In this document: one piece after another, positions 38,266 through 48,098 of the stretch
Numbering within the stretch: the stretch's first letter is position 1
Layout of the letters: each line of letters begins with the position of its first letter
Assembly: GCA_963758495.1 (NCBI GenBank)
Contig: CAVWVI010000005.1
Span: 96,894 to 160,893 of the forward strand
DNA: 64,000 bases
Source: Oligoflexia bacterium
Lineage (GTDB): Bacteria; Bdellovibrionota; UBA1018
Reading direction: 5' to 3'
Translations under genes and position numbers: made by a program
Notes under the pieces: model-generated
Told to the model about the DNA's origin: nothing
The model's database searches: none
The model's input: the letters and a program-made list of their open reading frames with translations, nothing else

Positions 38266-38401
38266 ACGAAGCCCCGATGAGCTGAATGGGTCGCCATACC
38301 GCAAATTTGCAAGGACTTATTCCTGTTTTAAGATCCGGGCTGGGCTAGCTTAGGATCAGGCAGCAGTTTAACTCTCTCTCATGAAAGGAACCTAAGGCGT
38401 C

Positions 38402-39388
38402 ATGAAAGCAATTCAGATTCATCATTTCAACTCTGTTTCAGACTTAAATCCCAGGGAAGTAGAAAAACCGCAACCTAAAGAAGGCGAGGTCTTGATTAAA
38501 GTCGCCTTTGCTGCGGTCAATCCTAGTGATATAAAAAACTTCCAAGGCTCCATGACGAACACACGTCTACCTAGGATTATCGGTCGCGATTTCGCAGGAG
38601 AGATTGTTGAAGGCTCCATGCATCGAATCGGAGAGAAGGTCTGGGGTACTGGAGGCGACCTGGGTTTCGAGCGCGATGGAGCCTATGCTGAGTATGTGGT
38701 AGTTCCTGCTGACGCGGCGGTCCCACTCCCTAAGGATCTGGATCTAGCACAAGCCTCCACTCTAGGTGTGCCCTTTGTGACGGCTATGAGCGCGGTCGAA
38801 AAGTTCGGTTATAACCTCACTGGAAAAACTATTCTTCTTGTCGGAGGAACAGGCGCTGTAGGGTCAGCTGCCACCCAGATTGCAAGTCACCGCGGTGCTA
38901 AAGTGATTCGCACGACCCGCGGCGAAGTAGAGGTTCGGTCTCTCCCTAAGTTGCTTCAAAATGGAAGATTTATCGATGTCACTAAAACCCTTGATATTAA
39001 AAAAGAGATTATGAATATCACGGAGGGCGGAGGAGTTGATTTCGCCCTCAATATGGTAGGTGGCTCAACCTTTGAGCCGACATTAGAATCCCTCGCTGAA
39101 TTTGGAAGTCTCGTTACAATCGCTTCAATCTCGGATCACCGAGTTTCGTTCAATCTTCTACAATTCTATCGTAAGCAACTCACCCATTATGGATTGAATA
39201 CTCTTTATCTTACGTCTTCACAGTCTGGAGCGTTGCTCAAGAAGGTCGTAGCCGAAGTGGGGAGCAAGATGGTTCCGCTAGGGGGAGCAGAGATTTATTC
39301 CTTCCGTGATGCGCAGAGAGTCTTTGGTCAAATGATCGAAGGAAAGATCAAGAAACCTATTCTCGCTATGATAAGCACCGATGATTGA
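38402..39388 (+). CDS. MDR-superfamily quinone oxidoreductase / zinc-binding ADH-like protein
   Basis: AAVNPSD, IIGRDFAGEI and GGTGAVGSAA motifs. Confidence 0.9.
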   Translation: MKAIQIHHFNSVSDLNPREVEKPQPKEGEVLIKVAFAAVNPSDIKNFQGSMTNTRLPRIIGRDFAGEIVEGSMHRIGEKVWGTGGDLGFERDGAYAEYVVVPADAAVPLPKDLDLAQASTLGVPFVTAMSAVEKFGYNLTGKTILLVGGTGAVGSAATQIASHRGAKVIRTTRGEVEVRSLPKLLQNGRFIDVTKTLDIKKEIMNITEGGGVDFALNMVGGSTFEPTLESLAEFGSLVTIASISDHRVSFNLLQFYRKQLTHYGLNTLYLTSSQSGALLKKVVAEVGSKMVPLGGAEIYSFRDAQRVFGQMIEGKIKKPILAMISTDD

Positions 39389-40454
39389 CGAATTCGGAAT
39401 GCCCGCTCGCCTCCTTCTTTTAGCAGCGATATTATTTGCTGCATTTGTAGCTCGGGACGTAATTTTGCTTGGGTTTTTCTCAATCGTCTTAGCTGTGCTC
39501 ATCAGTTTTCCTGTCAATTTCATGAATCGATTTGTTTCTCGCGGCATTTCAGTTCTTCTAACTTTATTGGCGATGCTGGGAATCATTCTGGCTCTTGTGG
39601 TTCTTGCATCGTCTGTCGTTTCCCAACAAGTGGAACTTCTGAAAGATCAGGTTCCCACGGCTGCAAAAAAAGTGCGGCAATGGGTCGCTGGAGCTGAAGA
39701 GTCAGCCGGTGTGTTGAGCTCGGTTAAAAAAGCGACTTCCTCGCATGAAAAGTCCGAAAAGTCCCAAAAGTCTGAAGAACCTTCAAGCTCACACAGTGAG
39801 GTGATGAGTTCTGCAGCAAAGATTTCTACAAAGGCGTTCTCGATAGTGATCAATTTTGCAGAAGCAGTTTCAGCGATCATTCTTGTTACGATCCTTGCCC
39901 TGTTTCTTGTCTATGATCCTGAGGGATATCGTAAGGGTGTTCGTCTTTTCGTTCCGAAGCCTTATGAGAAAAATTTCGATGAAGTTTGGCGACGTATTTC
40001 GATTGGTCTAAAACATTGGGTTGGCGGGATTTTTATTGAAATGTTGATTATGGGAACATTTGCTGGCGTTGGACTTTGGATCGCTGGAATTGATGGTGCA
40101 CTCGTATTGGGATTGTTGACGTTCCTGGCTACATTTATCCCGTATCTTGGAGCGGTTGTAAGTTCGGTTCCTGGTCTACTCATGGGACTTGCTAAATCTC
40201 CCCATCACTTGCTCTATGCAGCAGTTGTCTATTTGTGCGTGCACATCCTAGAGGGTTATATTGTGAGTCCATATGTCATGAAGCATGCTATTCAACTCAG
40301 GCCAGCGCTTCTGCTATTTTGGCAAGCCTTGATGGGAACTCTGTTTGGAATCATCGGAATCATTGTAGCAACTCCACTTCTCGCGTGTCTAAAAGCCTTG
40401 GTGGGTTATAGTTACGTGGAATGCAAGCTAGGAAAAGAGGCTCCCAGAGTTTGA
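39381..40454 (+). CDS. AI-2E family transporter
   Basis: FIPYLG, LEGYIVSP and GIIGIIVATPL motifs; many TM segments. Confidence 0.88.
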   Translation: MIDEFGMPARLLLLAAILFAAFVARDVILLGFFSIVLAVLISFPVNFMNRFVSRGISVLLTLLAMLGIILALVVLASSVVSQQVELLKDQVPTAAKKVRQWVAGAEESAGVLSSVKKATSSHEKSEKSQKSEEPSSSHSEVMSSAAKISTKAFSIVINFAEAVSAIILVTILALFLVYDPEGYRKGVRLFVPKPYEKNFDEVWRRISIGLKHWVGGIFIEMLIMGTFAGVGLWIAGIDGALVLGLLTFLATFIPYLGAVVSSVPGLLMGLAKSPHHLLYAAVVYLCVHILEGYIVSPYVMKHAIQLRPALLLFWQALMGTLFGIIGIIVATPLLACLKALVGYSYVECKLGKEAPRV

Positions 40455-40677
40455 TCCATGACGGATTCTCCCATCCCCTTATTTTTAATGATAGGTGAAA
40501 AATAGACTCTGATTTTTTAAAATCTAAGCGAAGTCATCCATGAAGTTTCACTAGCTGCTTCTCTAGAAGGGGTTATATTAAGAAGAGCGGGTCCTAGAAT
40601 TGAAAATATATCGCGGCTTCATAGGAAAACAGGACATTCGTTTAATGCCTAATTACTCTCAAGGGAAGGGGTTTTAC

Positions 40678-41928
40678 ATGAAAGATCGTTACTGGGTTTT
40701 GATTTTTGGAATATTAGCCTTGTCTGTTCTCCTAGGAGCAAAATCCAAGGTTCTTGCGGAAGTCACGACCCCTTCCCCTGAAAGCAAGTTAGACAGCACA
40801 AAAGAGAGTAAGATCGTCAAAAACACTGCCCAATGGCGAGAAAAGATGCTGGAACTTTATAAGACACTGGTCGAAATCACGACTGACACCAGTAGCGATC
40901 AAAGGTTCAATGCGCCGGAGAATAAAAGCCGGATCGAAAAGAATACTAAAAAACTAGCGGACCGAGCACATGACTTGTCAAAAAAAGGACTCTCCCCTGA
41001 TGCCGATCCCACGGTCAAAATGATCTCGGAACAATTTCAAGATGAGACCAAGCGAGCCTATTGGGCTCTTAAATCCGGAAATCGCTCGTATGCAAGGGGA
41101 ATTCTCAATCACGTTTCGAGCTACTGTATTGCCTGCCATACTCGAAATAATTCGGGTCCAAGTTTTTCTTCCCTTCCTCTAGAACCGACAGCAAAGAATC
41201 TTTATCCGATTGAACAGGGTCGATTCTATGCTGCTACGCGGCAGTACGATAGAGCCCTCGATCTTTTTCAAAAAATTGTTGATGACACTACTGCTCCGAT
41301 CGAACGACCTTTGGAATGGGAACAAGCAGTCCGATACGGTCTTGCAATTTCAGTTAGGGTTAAGAAAGATCCTGATCAGGCCCGTGCCTTAGTCGAACGC
41401 GTGGTGGGTTCAAAGAAGGCACCCTTTTTCCTGAAGCAGGACGCTGTGAAGTGGAAAGACTCGATTGTGAAATGGAAAGAGGAGCTTCCCAGAAGAGCTC
41501 TGACAGAAGAAGGACTACATGCGGAAGCAATACAGCTCGTTGCTCAGGCCAGAGAGCTTCAGAAGTATCCGATGGATCATTCAGCCGATGTCCTCTATTT
41601 AAGGGCTACTGCGGTTATTCACGAGCTCCTTCAGAAGTTTCCTGATGGCAGGTACGGTCAGGATGCTTTGTTCATGGCTGGTATGTCTTATGACGTTCTA
41701 AGGCCTCTCAGTCTCGAAGATATCCACGAAGTCTATTATGAAGCTTGTATTAAAAAAGCTCCTCATACTCCAACTTCAGAGATTTGCTATCGAAGATATG
41801 AGCAAAGCATTTATGAAGGCTTTACTGGAAGTGTTGGGACATTCCTACCAGAGGATGTGAAACAGAAACTTCAACGATTGGAGAACCTGGCCCATCCCGA
41901 AAGTTCGTCGGAAATTAAGTTGGATTAG
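40678..41928 (+). CDS. Secreted monoheme cytochrome c with helical/TPR-like repeats
   Basis: Signal peptide; CIACH after a helical bundle; TPR-like segments. Confidence 0.6.
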   Translation: MKDRYWVLIFGILALSVLLGAKSKVLAEVTTPSPESKLDSTKESKIVKNTAQWREKMLELYKTLVEITTDTSSDQRFNAPENKSRIEKNTKKLADRAHDLSKKGLSPDADPTVKMISEQFQDETKRAYWALKSGNRSYARGILNHVSSYCIACHTRNNSGPSFSSLPLEPTAKNLYPIEQGRFYAATRQYDRALDLFQKIVDDTTAPIERPLEWEQAVRYGLAISVRVKKDPDQARALVERVVGSKKAPFFLKQDAVKWKDSIVKWKEELPRRALTEEGLHAEAIQLVAQARELQKYPMDHSADVLYLRATAVIHELLQKFPDGRYGQDALFMAGMSYDVLRPLSLEDIHEVYYEACIKKAPHTPTSEICYRRYEQSIYEGFTGSVGTFLPEDVKQKLQRLENLAHPESSSEIKLD

Positions 41929-41935
41929 TTGTCCT

Positions 41936-42437
41936 TTATTTAGATACTTTAACTTCATTGACCAACGGACGTTTTTCCTCAAAATCCTTGACGTTCTGAA
42001 GAGTGGTTTCGGCAATGTTGGTTAAAGCTTCTTGAGTGAGGAAAGCCTGATGTGAAGTGATCAGGACGTTGGGAAAGGTTAACAGTCTAGCCAGAATATC
42101 ATCTTGAAGAACCTGTTCTGACAAATCCTGAAAGAATACATTTTGGGACACGTACAACCTTGATCCCGAAATGTTCAGCCGCAGCTAGGTCTACTTGGTT
42201 AAATCCAGCTGTCCTCAAAGCTATAAGTTGCGTATTTCCAGATTTGAGGATCTTCAAGGTGGCTTCATTCAATTGGTCATTGGCGAAAGCACAAACAACC
42301 GGAAAGTCGGTTGCTAGTTTTGCTGTTTCTTGAGTGAGTCTGGGCTCAAAATAGATGAGCTCATGACCAAATTTTTCATTGATTCCATCAAAGACTTTCC
42401 TTTCAAAACGATGGGTATCAAATATGGCTACTTTCAT
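41936..42437 (-). pseudogene. ldhA: D-lactate dehydrogenase with internal deletion
   Basis: N-terminus (MKVAIFDT...LRTAGFNQVDL...VVRVP) joins out of frame to the C-terminus (ARLLTFPNVLITSHQAFLT); the NAD-binding core is missing. Confidence 0.85.
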
Positions 42438-42508
42438 TTTCGGGTCTTCCTTTTCAGTTCTTGTGTAAGACTTTCAATTTTCCTAATCTTTTTATAGAAT
42501 TTATTCAG

Positions 42509-42562
42509 CACTTATACATAAGTATAACTATACTTGACTACACTTATACATAAGTATAAATT
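42509..42562 (+). promoter_or_regulatory. Twin palindromic TetR operators overlapping a sigma70 promoter
   Basis: CACTTATACATAAGTATAA at 42509 and 42541 (core TTATAC-N4-GTATAA); -35 TTGACT 42534, 17-bp spacer, -10 TAAATT 42557. Confidence 0.8.
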
Positions 42563-42568
42563 AGGTCA

Positions 42569-43189
42569 ATGACGAGATCAATAGGTGATGCTGATAAACG
42601 CATGCTCACCGCTGGCCGAGAAATCGCAATTACCAAGGGACTTGGTGCGATTCGGGTTCGTGATGTTGTAAACAAAGCCAAAGTCAATATCGGCATGTTT
42701 CCTTATCACTTTAAGAACAGAAAGCGCTTTCTGGCTTTATTGCTGGAAGAAGTCTACGGCGAGTTCATGGAAAAAATTGGGAATGTTACCACCAGCGAGG
42801 GGGACAGTTTAGGCAAGCTCCGAGAAGTTTTGGTCGTGTTGGGCCTAGCTCTCTATGAAAACCGCTCCATCATGCTTTCCTTCCTACAGGATATTTTGAA
42901 CGACGAGCGCACCGTGATTCGTTACGGCAGCAAGAATGTACCTCCTCACGCTCAAATTATAATGCGACTTCTTGAGGAGTGTCGCTCCAACGGATCTCTG
43001 GATTTTGAGGATGTCAGGCACGTGATTCCTCTTCTCATTGGTGCTTATGGTCTACCTGCCGTGGTGGTGGGAGTGTTGGATCGTGTGGGAACGCAATCTG
43101 AGATATTTGACGTAGGCACGGTCATGACAAGACCCAGCATTGAAGCGCGGATTGATATCGTTTTGCGAGGAATAGGAGCGAAGTTATGA
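42569..43189 (+). CDS. TetR/AcrR family regulator
   Basis: N-terminal HTH GLGAIRVRDVVNKAKVNIGMFPYHF; first gene of the exporter operon. Confidence 0.88.
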   Translation: MTRSIGDADKRMLTAGREIAITKGLGAIRVRDVVNKAKVNIGMFPYHFKNRKRFLALLLEEVYGEFMEKIGNVTTSEGDSLGKLREVLVVLGLALYENRSIMLSFLQDILNDERTVIRYGSKNVPPHAQIIMRLLEECRSNGSLDFEDVRHVIPLLIGAYGLPAVVVGVLDRVGTQSEIFDVGTVMTRPSIEARIDIVLRGIGAKL

Positions 43190-44535
43190 GAGTACTTTTA
43201 CTGCTGAGTTTTAGTCTATGGATCGCGACTTTTCCGGCAAGCGCGAGAGCTGACGAAATCGCACTGACTTTTCAGGAAGCGGAGTCGCTTGCGGTTCAAA
43301 ACTCGAATACTCTCAAGGCGGTACATTCGGATTGGCAAGCGGCTGACTATCAGACGGCTGCTCAATTTCAGAGCCTTCTTCCTAGACTGAGCATCGTCGG
43401 AAACTACCAGTACGCCAATTATATTCCTCAAGTCTCTATTGGACCAGGACCGGCTATCCCCTTTGGCACGAACTCCACCTACAGTGTGGGCCCCGCTGTC
43501 TCATACACCGTTTGGGATGGACTCTCCTCTCGGCGCTTGTATCATTCGGCGTCACTTCTTGCCGAAGCTCGTGACCAAGACGTAAAGAGTGCTAAACGGC
43601 AAGTTCTTTTGTCTGTAAGGTCAGCCTATATTCAAGTTCAACTCGGAGTCGAGGAGTTACGACTTATTCAAGGGTCACTCGATCTAGCACGCGCACAAAA
43701 TCGCGACGTTGATATTCGCTTCAAAGCTGGCTCGGCTACTCGACTGGATGTCGTGACATCTCAAAGGGCGGTTTTGAGCTTTGAAATTCAATTTAAGCAA
43801 AGACAGGCCAATTTGTCGCTTTCTTTACGGGATTTAATGACTCTCTTAGGTCGGCATGAATCCAAGATCTCTCTCGGCCTGGGCCACCGGGGACGCCTAA
43901 TGTGGATTATGTGGTTCGCCTCGATCCTCTTTCAAAGTTGCTCGAAAGAGAAGGCCAGGAAAGATTTTCTGAAGCCGATTCTCTTTACCCGACCGTCCGC
44001 TCTCAAGAGCTTCAGGCAAAGGCTTATGAGCTTGCAGCAAAGAGTCAGTCGGGAAAGGAGGGGCCCACCATCCAAGTTTCGGGGGCGGTCAATTACAATC
44101 TACCGAGCCTTCCGAATCCTCCGAAATACTGGCAAGAGGCTGTGGGCGTTTCTTTGAGCTATGCCTTTGTTCTTTGGCGATCCAAGCCGCGCTCTCTCAG
44201 CTCAGCAGAGAAGTCAGGCTGAGGCAGCGGACTACCGCGCCAAAGGGGCCAAAGAAGATTTGGACCGTGACTTTAGCAAATCCCAGGAATTGCTCACGAG
44301 CCTCCAGGATCAGAGACAGCTTGCGTACAAAGATGTCGAGGAATCCGAAGAAGAAGCAAAACTCAACTATGTTTCTTATAAAGCAGGAAAGCTCAACTAC
44401 GTGGACGTCCAGAATGCAAATAATCTAGCGCTTCAATCGAAAGTAGCAGCCACGCGTATTGACGCTCAGATTCTCAACCAAATCGAAACCCTCAAGTCCC
44501 TTTCAGGAGATAACCATGACAACTCAAAAAACTAA
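43186..44535 (+). pseudogene. TolC-family protein split by two frameshifts (~43862 and ~44160)
   Basis: OEP-like sequence continues across three ORFs (43186, 43902, 44161); may be an assembly error. Confidence 0.75.
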
Positions 44536-45277
44536 CTCAAAGCCTCCGAGAACCCTGATTGCGATTGTCGTGGTCATTGTCATAGCAGGCGTTTTCGCGA
44601 AATTTACAGTGTTTGCGAAAACTTTTAGATATGCAGGCACAGTCGAGGCGACAAAGGTTGATCTCTCGTCGCAGGTTTCCTCGACCTTATCAAAAATCTA
44701 TGTTCACGAGGGTGATCACATTAAAGAGAATCAACCTCTCGTGGAATTATCCTGTTCTGATATGAAAGTTGCTTCTGAACTGGCTCAAGTTAATTATGAC
44801 CGGAACTTGAGGCTTTTGAAAGCAGGGACAGCCTCACAGGAAACTTTCGATCAGGTAAAAAATAAAAAGGAAGACGCTGACGTCAGACTTCAGTGGTGCA
44901 ATCTTCAGTCTCCGATTTCAGGGAGTGTACTAAGCCGATATCATGAGCCGGGCGAGCTAGTCGTGTTTGGCACGAAGCTCCTGACGCTTGCGAACATCAA
45001 GGATGTTTGGGCCTATATCTACGTGCCTCAGCCCGATGTGTTTCATGTCAAGGCGGGATTGAAGGTGACGGCTCGCTTGCCAGAAATGCCGGGTCGAACT
45101 TTTATTGGGACAGTTGTGAAGGTCAATGATGAAGCCGAGTTCACCCCCAAGAATGTGCAAACTCGCTCCGAGAGAGAACGTCTGGTCTATGGCGTGAAAG
45201 TAAGCTTTCTGGGATCAAATGATGATGAAGTATTAAAGCCGGGGATGACCGTCGAGGTCGAGCTTCCCAAGGAATAA
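44516..45277 (+). CDS. HlyD-family adaptor (YbhG-like)
   Basis: LQSPISGSV and AEFTPKNVQTRSERERLVYGVKV motifs. Confidence 0.9.
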   Translation: MTTQKTNSKPPRTLIAIVVVIVIAGVFAKFTVFAKTFRYAGTVEATKVDLSSQVSSTLSKIYVHEGDHIKENQPLVELSCSDMKVASELAQVNYDRNLRLLKAGTASQETFDQVKNKKEDADVRLQWCNLQSPISGSVLSRYHEPGELVVFGTKLLTLANIKDVWAYIYVPQPDVFHVKAGLKVTARLPEMPGRTFIGTVVKVNDEAEFTPKNVQTRSERERLVYGVKVSFLGSNDDEVLKPGMTVEVELPKE

Positions 45278-45282
45278 CGAGT

Positions 45283-46026
45283 ATGACAAGCGAAGCGGCG
45301 ATCTCTATTCAAGTGCAGGGAGTTTCAAAGGCGTTTGGAAAGACCCAAGCTCTTTCCAACCTGACGCTCGACTTTGCAGCTTCAACCATGCATGGGGTGA
45401 TCGGACCTGAAGGGGCGGGAAAGACTACGCTCATGAGAATAATTCTCAGTCTTCTCAAGCCGCAAACAGGTTCGGTCACGTTTCGTGCCGGAATAGAAAT
45501 CAAGCATTTCGAAGAGGTGCGCCCAGCGATCGCATACATGCCCCAACAGCAAAGCCTTTACGCCGATCTTTCGATCGGCGAGCACTTAGAGTTCTTTCGA
45601 GCGCTCTATGGTATCAGAGGCGAGCTCTACAATGAACGTCGCGAGGAGCTTCTCAAGATCACTCGCCTAAGCGACTTCATTGATCGTCCCGCTGGAAAGC
45701 TCTCAGGAGGGATGTACAAGAAGCTTGGCCTGATTTGTGCGCTTCTCCGCTCCCCTCGTGTCATCATCCTGGATGAGCCGACCAATGGCGTTGACCCGAT
45801 CAGTAGGCGAGAGTTCTGGGATCTTCTTTACCGACTTGGCGACCAAGGGATTTTGATTATCGTGACCACGGCCTACATGGATGAGGCCGAGCGATGCGCC
45901 GAGGTGCATTTGATCGAACAAGGTCAGTTTGTCGGAGAAGGAAAGCCAAGAGAGCTTCTTGCCCGAGAAGGAGCCCGCAGTTTTGATGAACTCTTTCTCA
46001 AAAGAGCCGGAGGAAGCGGCTTATGA
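45283..46026 (+). CDS. ABC transporter ATPase (YbhF N-half-like)
   Basis: GPEGAGKTT, LSGGM and LDEPTNGVDP motifs. Confidence 0.92.
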   Translation: MTSEAAISIQVQGVSKAFGKTQALSNLTLDFAASTMHGVIGPEGAGKTTLMRIILSLLKPQTGSVTFRAGIEIKHFEEVRPAIAYMPQQQSLYADLSIGEHLEFFRALYGIRGELYNERREELLKITRLSDFIDRPAGKLSGGMYKKLGLICALLRSPRVIILDEPTNGVDPISRREFWDLLYRLGDQGILIIVTTAYMDEAERCAEVHLIEQGQFVGEGKPRELLAREGARSFDELFLKRAGGSGL

Positions 46027-46970
46027 AACGAGACACAGTGGTCGAGGTCAAGAACCTGACCGTGAAGTTCGGCGAATTCTCTGCGGTAGATGATGTCTCA
46101 TTTTCGGTGGAAGTTGGAGAGATTTTTGGATTTTTGGGAGCAAACGGTGCCGGAAAAACTACGACGATCCGAGTGCTTTGCGGCCTACTCAAGCCCACCT
46201 CCGGCTACGTGCGAGTCGCGGGCGTCGGATTTGAGAGCGGGGAGAATCAGATCAAGTCGAAGGTCGGTTATATGTCTCAAAAATTCACCCTCTATAACGA
46301 TATGACCGTTGAAGAGAACTTGAACTTCACGGCTGATTTGCGAAAGCTCGACAAGACCACCTATCTCGCTCGAAGGAAAGAGCTACTTGACATGGTGTCG
46401 TTTAGCTATCCCTTAAGCTCTAAGGTGGCAGATCTCTCCGGCGGTGTGAAGCAACAGGTGTCGTTAGCTGCGTCTCTCTTGCACAACCCGGACATCGTCT
46501 TCCTCGATGAGCCCACGGCTGGGGTCACTCCTGCGGCTCGTGCAAGGTTCTGGAATCTGATCCGAAAAGTTGCCGGAATCGGAAAAACCGTGTTCGTCAC
46601 CACTCACTATATGGACGAAGCAGAGCAATGCGGGCGCATTGCCTTAATGCGGACAGGAAAGCTGATCGCGCTCGATACTTCGGCTAATTTGAAAAAAAGT
46701 GTTTTTCCTGAACCCATGCTGGAGCTAGAGCCCAAGGGAATCGTTAAATTCGAAGAAATCTCGAAGCTTCAGCACGACCCCATTTTTTCATACTTCGAAG
46801 CTTATGGACTTCGTTTTCACGCGTCGATTAGTGACCCGAAGGGCTGGGAGCAGAGCAAAAGAAAATACGAAAAAGATTTTATCATCACAGAAATCGCCCC
46901 CACCTTGGAGGATGTATTCATTCGATGCGTCGAAGGCAAGACGAACGCGGGCCAAAGGAGTACTTCGTGA
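46023..46970 (+). CDS. ABC transporter ATPase (YbhF C-half-like)
   Basis: GANGAGKTT, GYMSQKF and LDEPTAGV motifs. Confidence 0.92.
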   Translation: MKRDTVVEVKNLTVKFGEFSAVDDVSFSVEVGEIFGFLGANGAGKTTTIRVLCGLLKPTSGYVRVAGVGFESGENQIKSKVGYMSQKFTLYNDMTVEENLNFTADLRKLDKTTYLARRKELLDMVSFSYPLSSKVADLSGGVKQQVSLAASLLHNPDIVFLDEPTAGVTPAARARFWNLIRKVAGIGKTVFVTTHYMDEAEQCGRIALMRTGKLIALDTSANLKKSVFPEPMLELEPKGIVKFEEISKLQHDPIFSYFEAYGLRFHASISDPKGWEQSKRKYEKDFIITEIAPTLEDVFIRCVEGKTNAGQRSTS

Positions 46971-48088
46971 GTGAGAAATTTGTTTTTGAGCGAGCACTGG
47001 CGATTGCAAAGAAAGAGGTATTTCACATCCTCCGTGATCCTTTCACGCTCATCCTAGCACTCGTTTTCCCTGTATTCACCATTCTCGTTTATGGATATTC
47101 AATTGACTTCAACTTAACCGATATTGGACTCGCAGTGAGCGACGCGGATCAGAGTCAGACCTCAAGGACGTTACTCAGTACATTCGGAAGCTCTGAGTAC
47201 TTTATCTTAAATAACAGCGGCTCGCCCGCAGACGCGCTTCAAGAAGTGCAAGGCGAGCGCTCGAAAGCAACGATTATTATCCCTCCGCAATTTGAAAAAG
47301 AGGTGTTCGCGGGTCGAACGGGTCGTGTCCAGATACTTGTGGATGGGGCCGATAGCACAGCAGTCAGCTCGGTGCTTGGATATGTCGCTGCCATTCAGAG
47401 CACGGCCAATCGAGAAATCGCCGACTCATCAGCGGCCTCTCCCTACGAGCTGCGTACACGCTATATGTATAATCCTGAACTCAGCAGTAAGTGGTTCATT
47501 ATTCCTGGTCTGATCGCGCTCGTGATGGCGATTCTTTCAATCATGCTCACGGCGCTCACGGTTGCGAGAGAATGGGAAAACGGTTCGATGGAGCTCCTAC
47601 TCTCTACACCTGTTCTACCCATTGAAATTATTTTAGGAAAGCTCGCACCCTACGGAATCCTGGGCGTCATCGCGATCATCATGTCTTATGCCCTAGCCCG
47701 GACAGTGTTCGGTGTCCCCTTTATGGGAAGTATTCCAGTATTTGCACTGGGCTGTTGCATTTTTTTGGTCGCTTACCTTGCCCAAGGGCTACTGATTTCG
47801 GTGGTAACGCGAAATCAACAGGTCGCTACTCAAATGGCAATGGTCACGGGACTGCTTCCCTCTAACATGCTTTCGGGTTTTGTTTTCCCCATTGCAAGCA
47901 TGCCACTCTTTTTTCGTTTGCTGACGATGATTTTCCCCGCTCGTTGGTTTATGCAGATCGCTCGCGAAAGTTTTCTGAGTGGCCCACCGGCAAGGGAACT
48001 TCTGATTCCACTCTTGGCGCTCTGTCTCATCGCAGCTGTCATGATTCGATTGGCGACTAAGCGTTTTAAGCGAGACCTGGAGCCTTGA
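46967..48088 (+). CDS. ABC-2 permease (YbhS-like)
   Basis: KEVFHILRDP, YNPEL and AREWENGSME motifs. Confidence 0.9.
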   Translation: MSEKFVFERALAIAKKEVFHILRDPFTLILALVFPVFTILVYGYSIDFNLTDIGLAVSDADQSQTSRTLLSTFGSSEYFILNNSGSPADALQEVQGERSKATIIIPPQFEKEVFAGRTGRVQILVDGADSTAVSSVLGYVAAIQSTANREIADSSAASPYELRTRYMYNPELSSKWFIIPGLIALVMAILSIMLTALTVAREWENGSMELLLSTPVLPIEIILGKLAPYGILGVIAIIMSYALARTVFGVPFMGSIPVFALGCCIFLVAYLAQGLLISVVTRNQQVATQMAMVTGLLPSNMLSGFVFPIASMPLFFRLLTMIFPARWFMQIARESFLSGPPARELLIPLLALCLIAAVMIRLATKRFKRDLEP

Positions 48089-48098
48089 GGAAAGAAAT

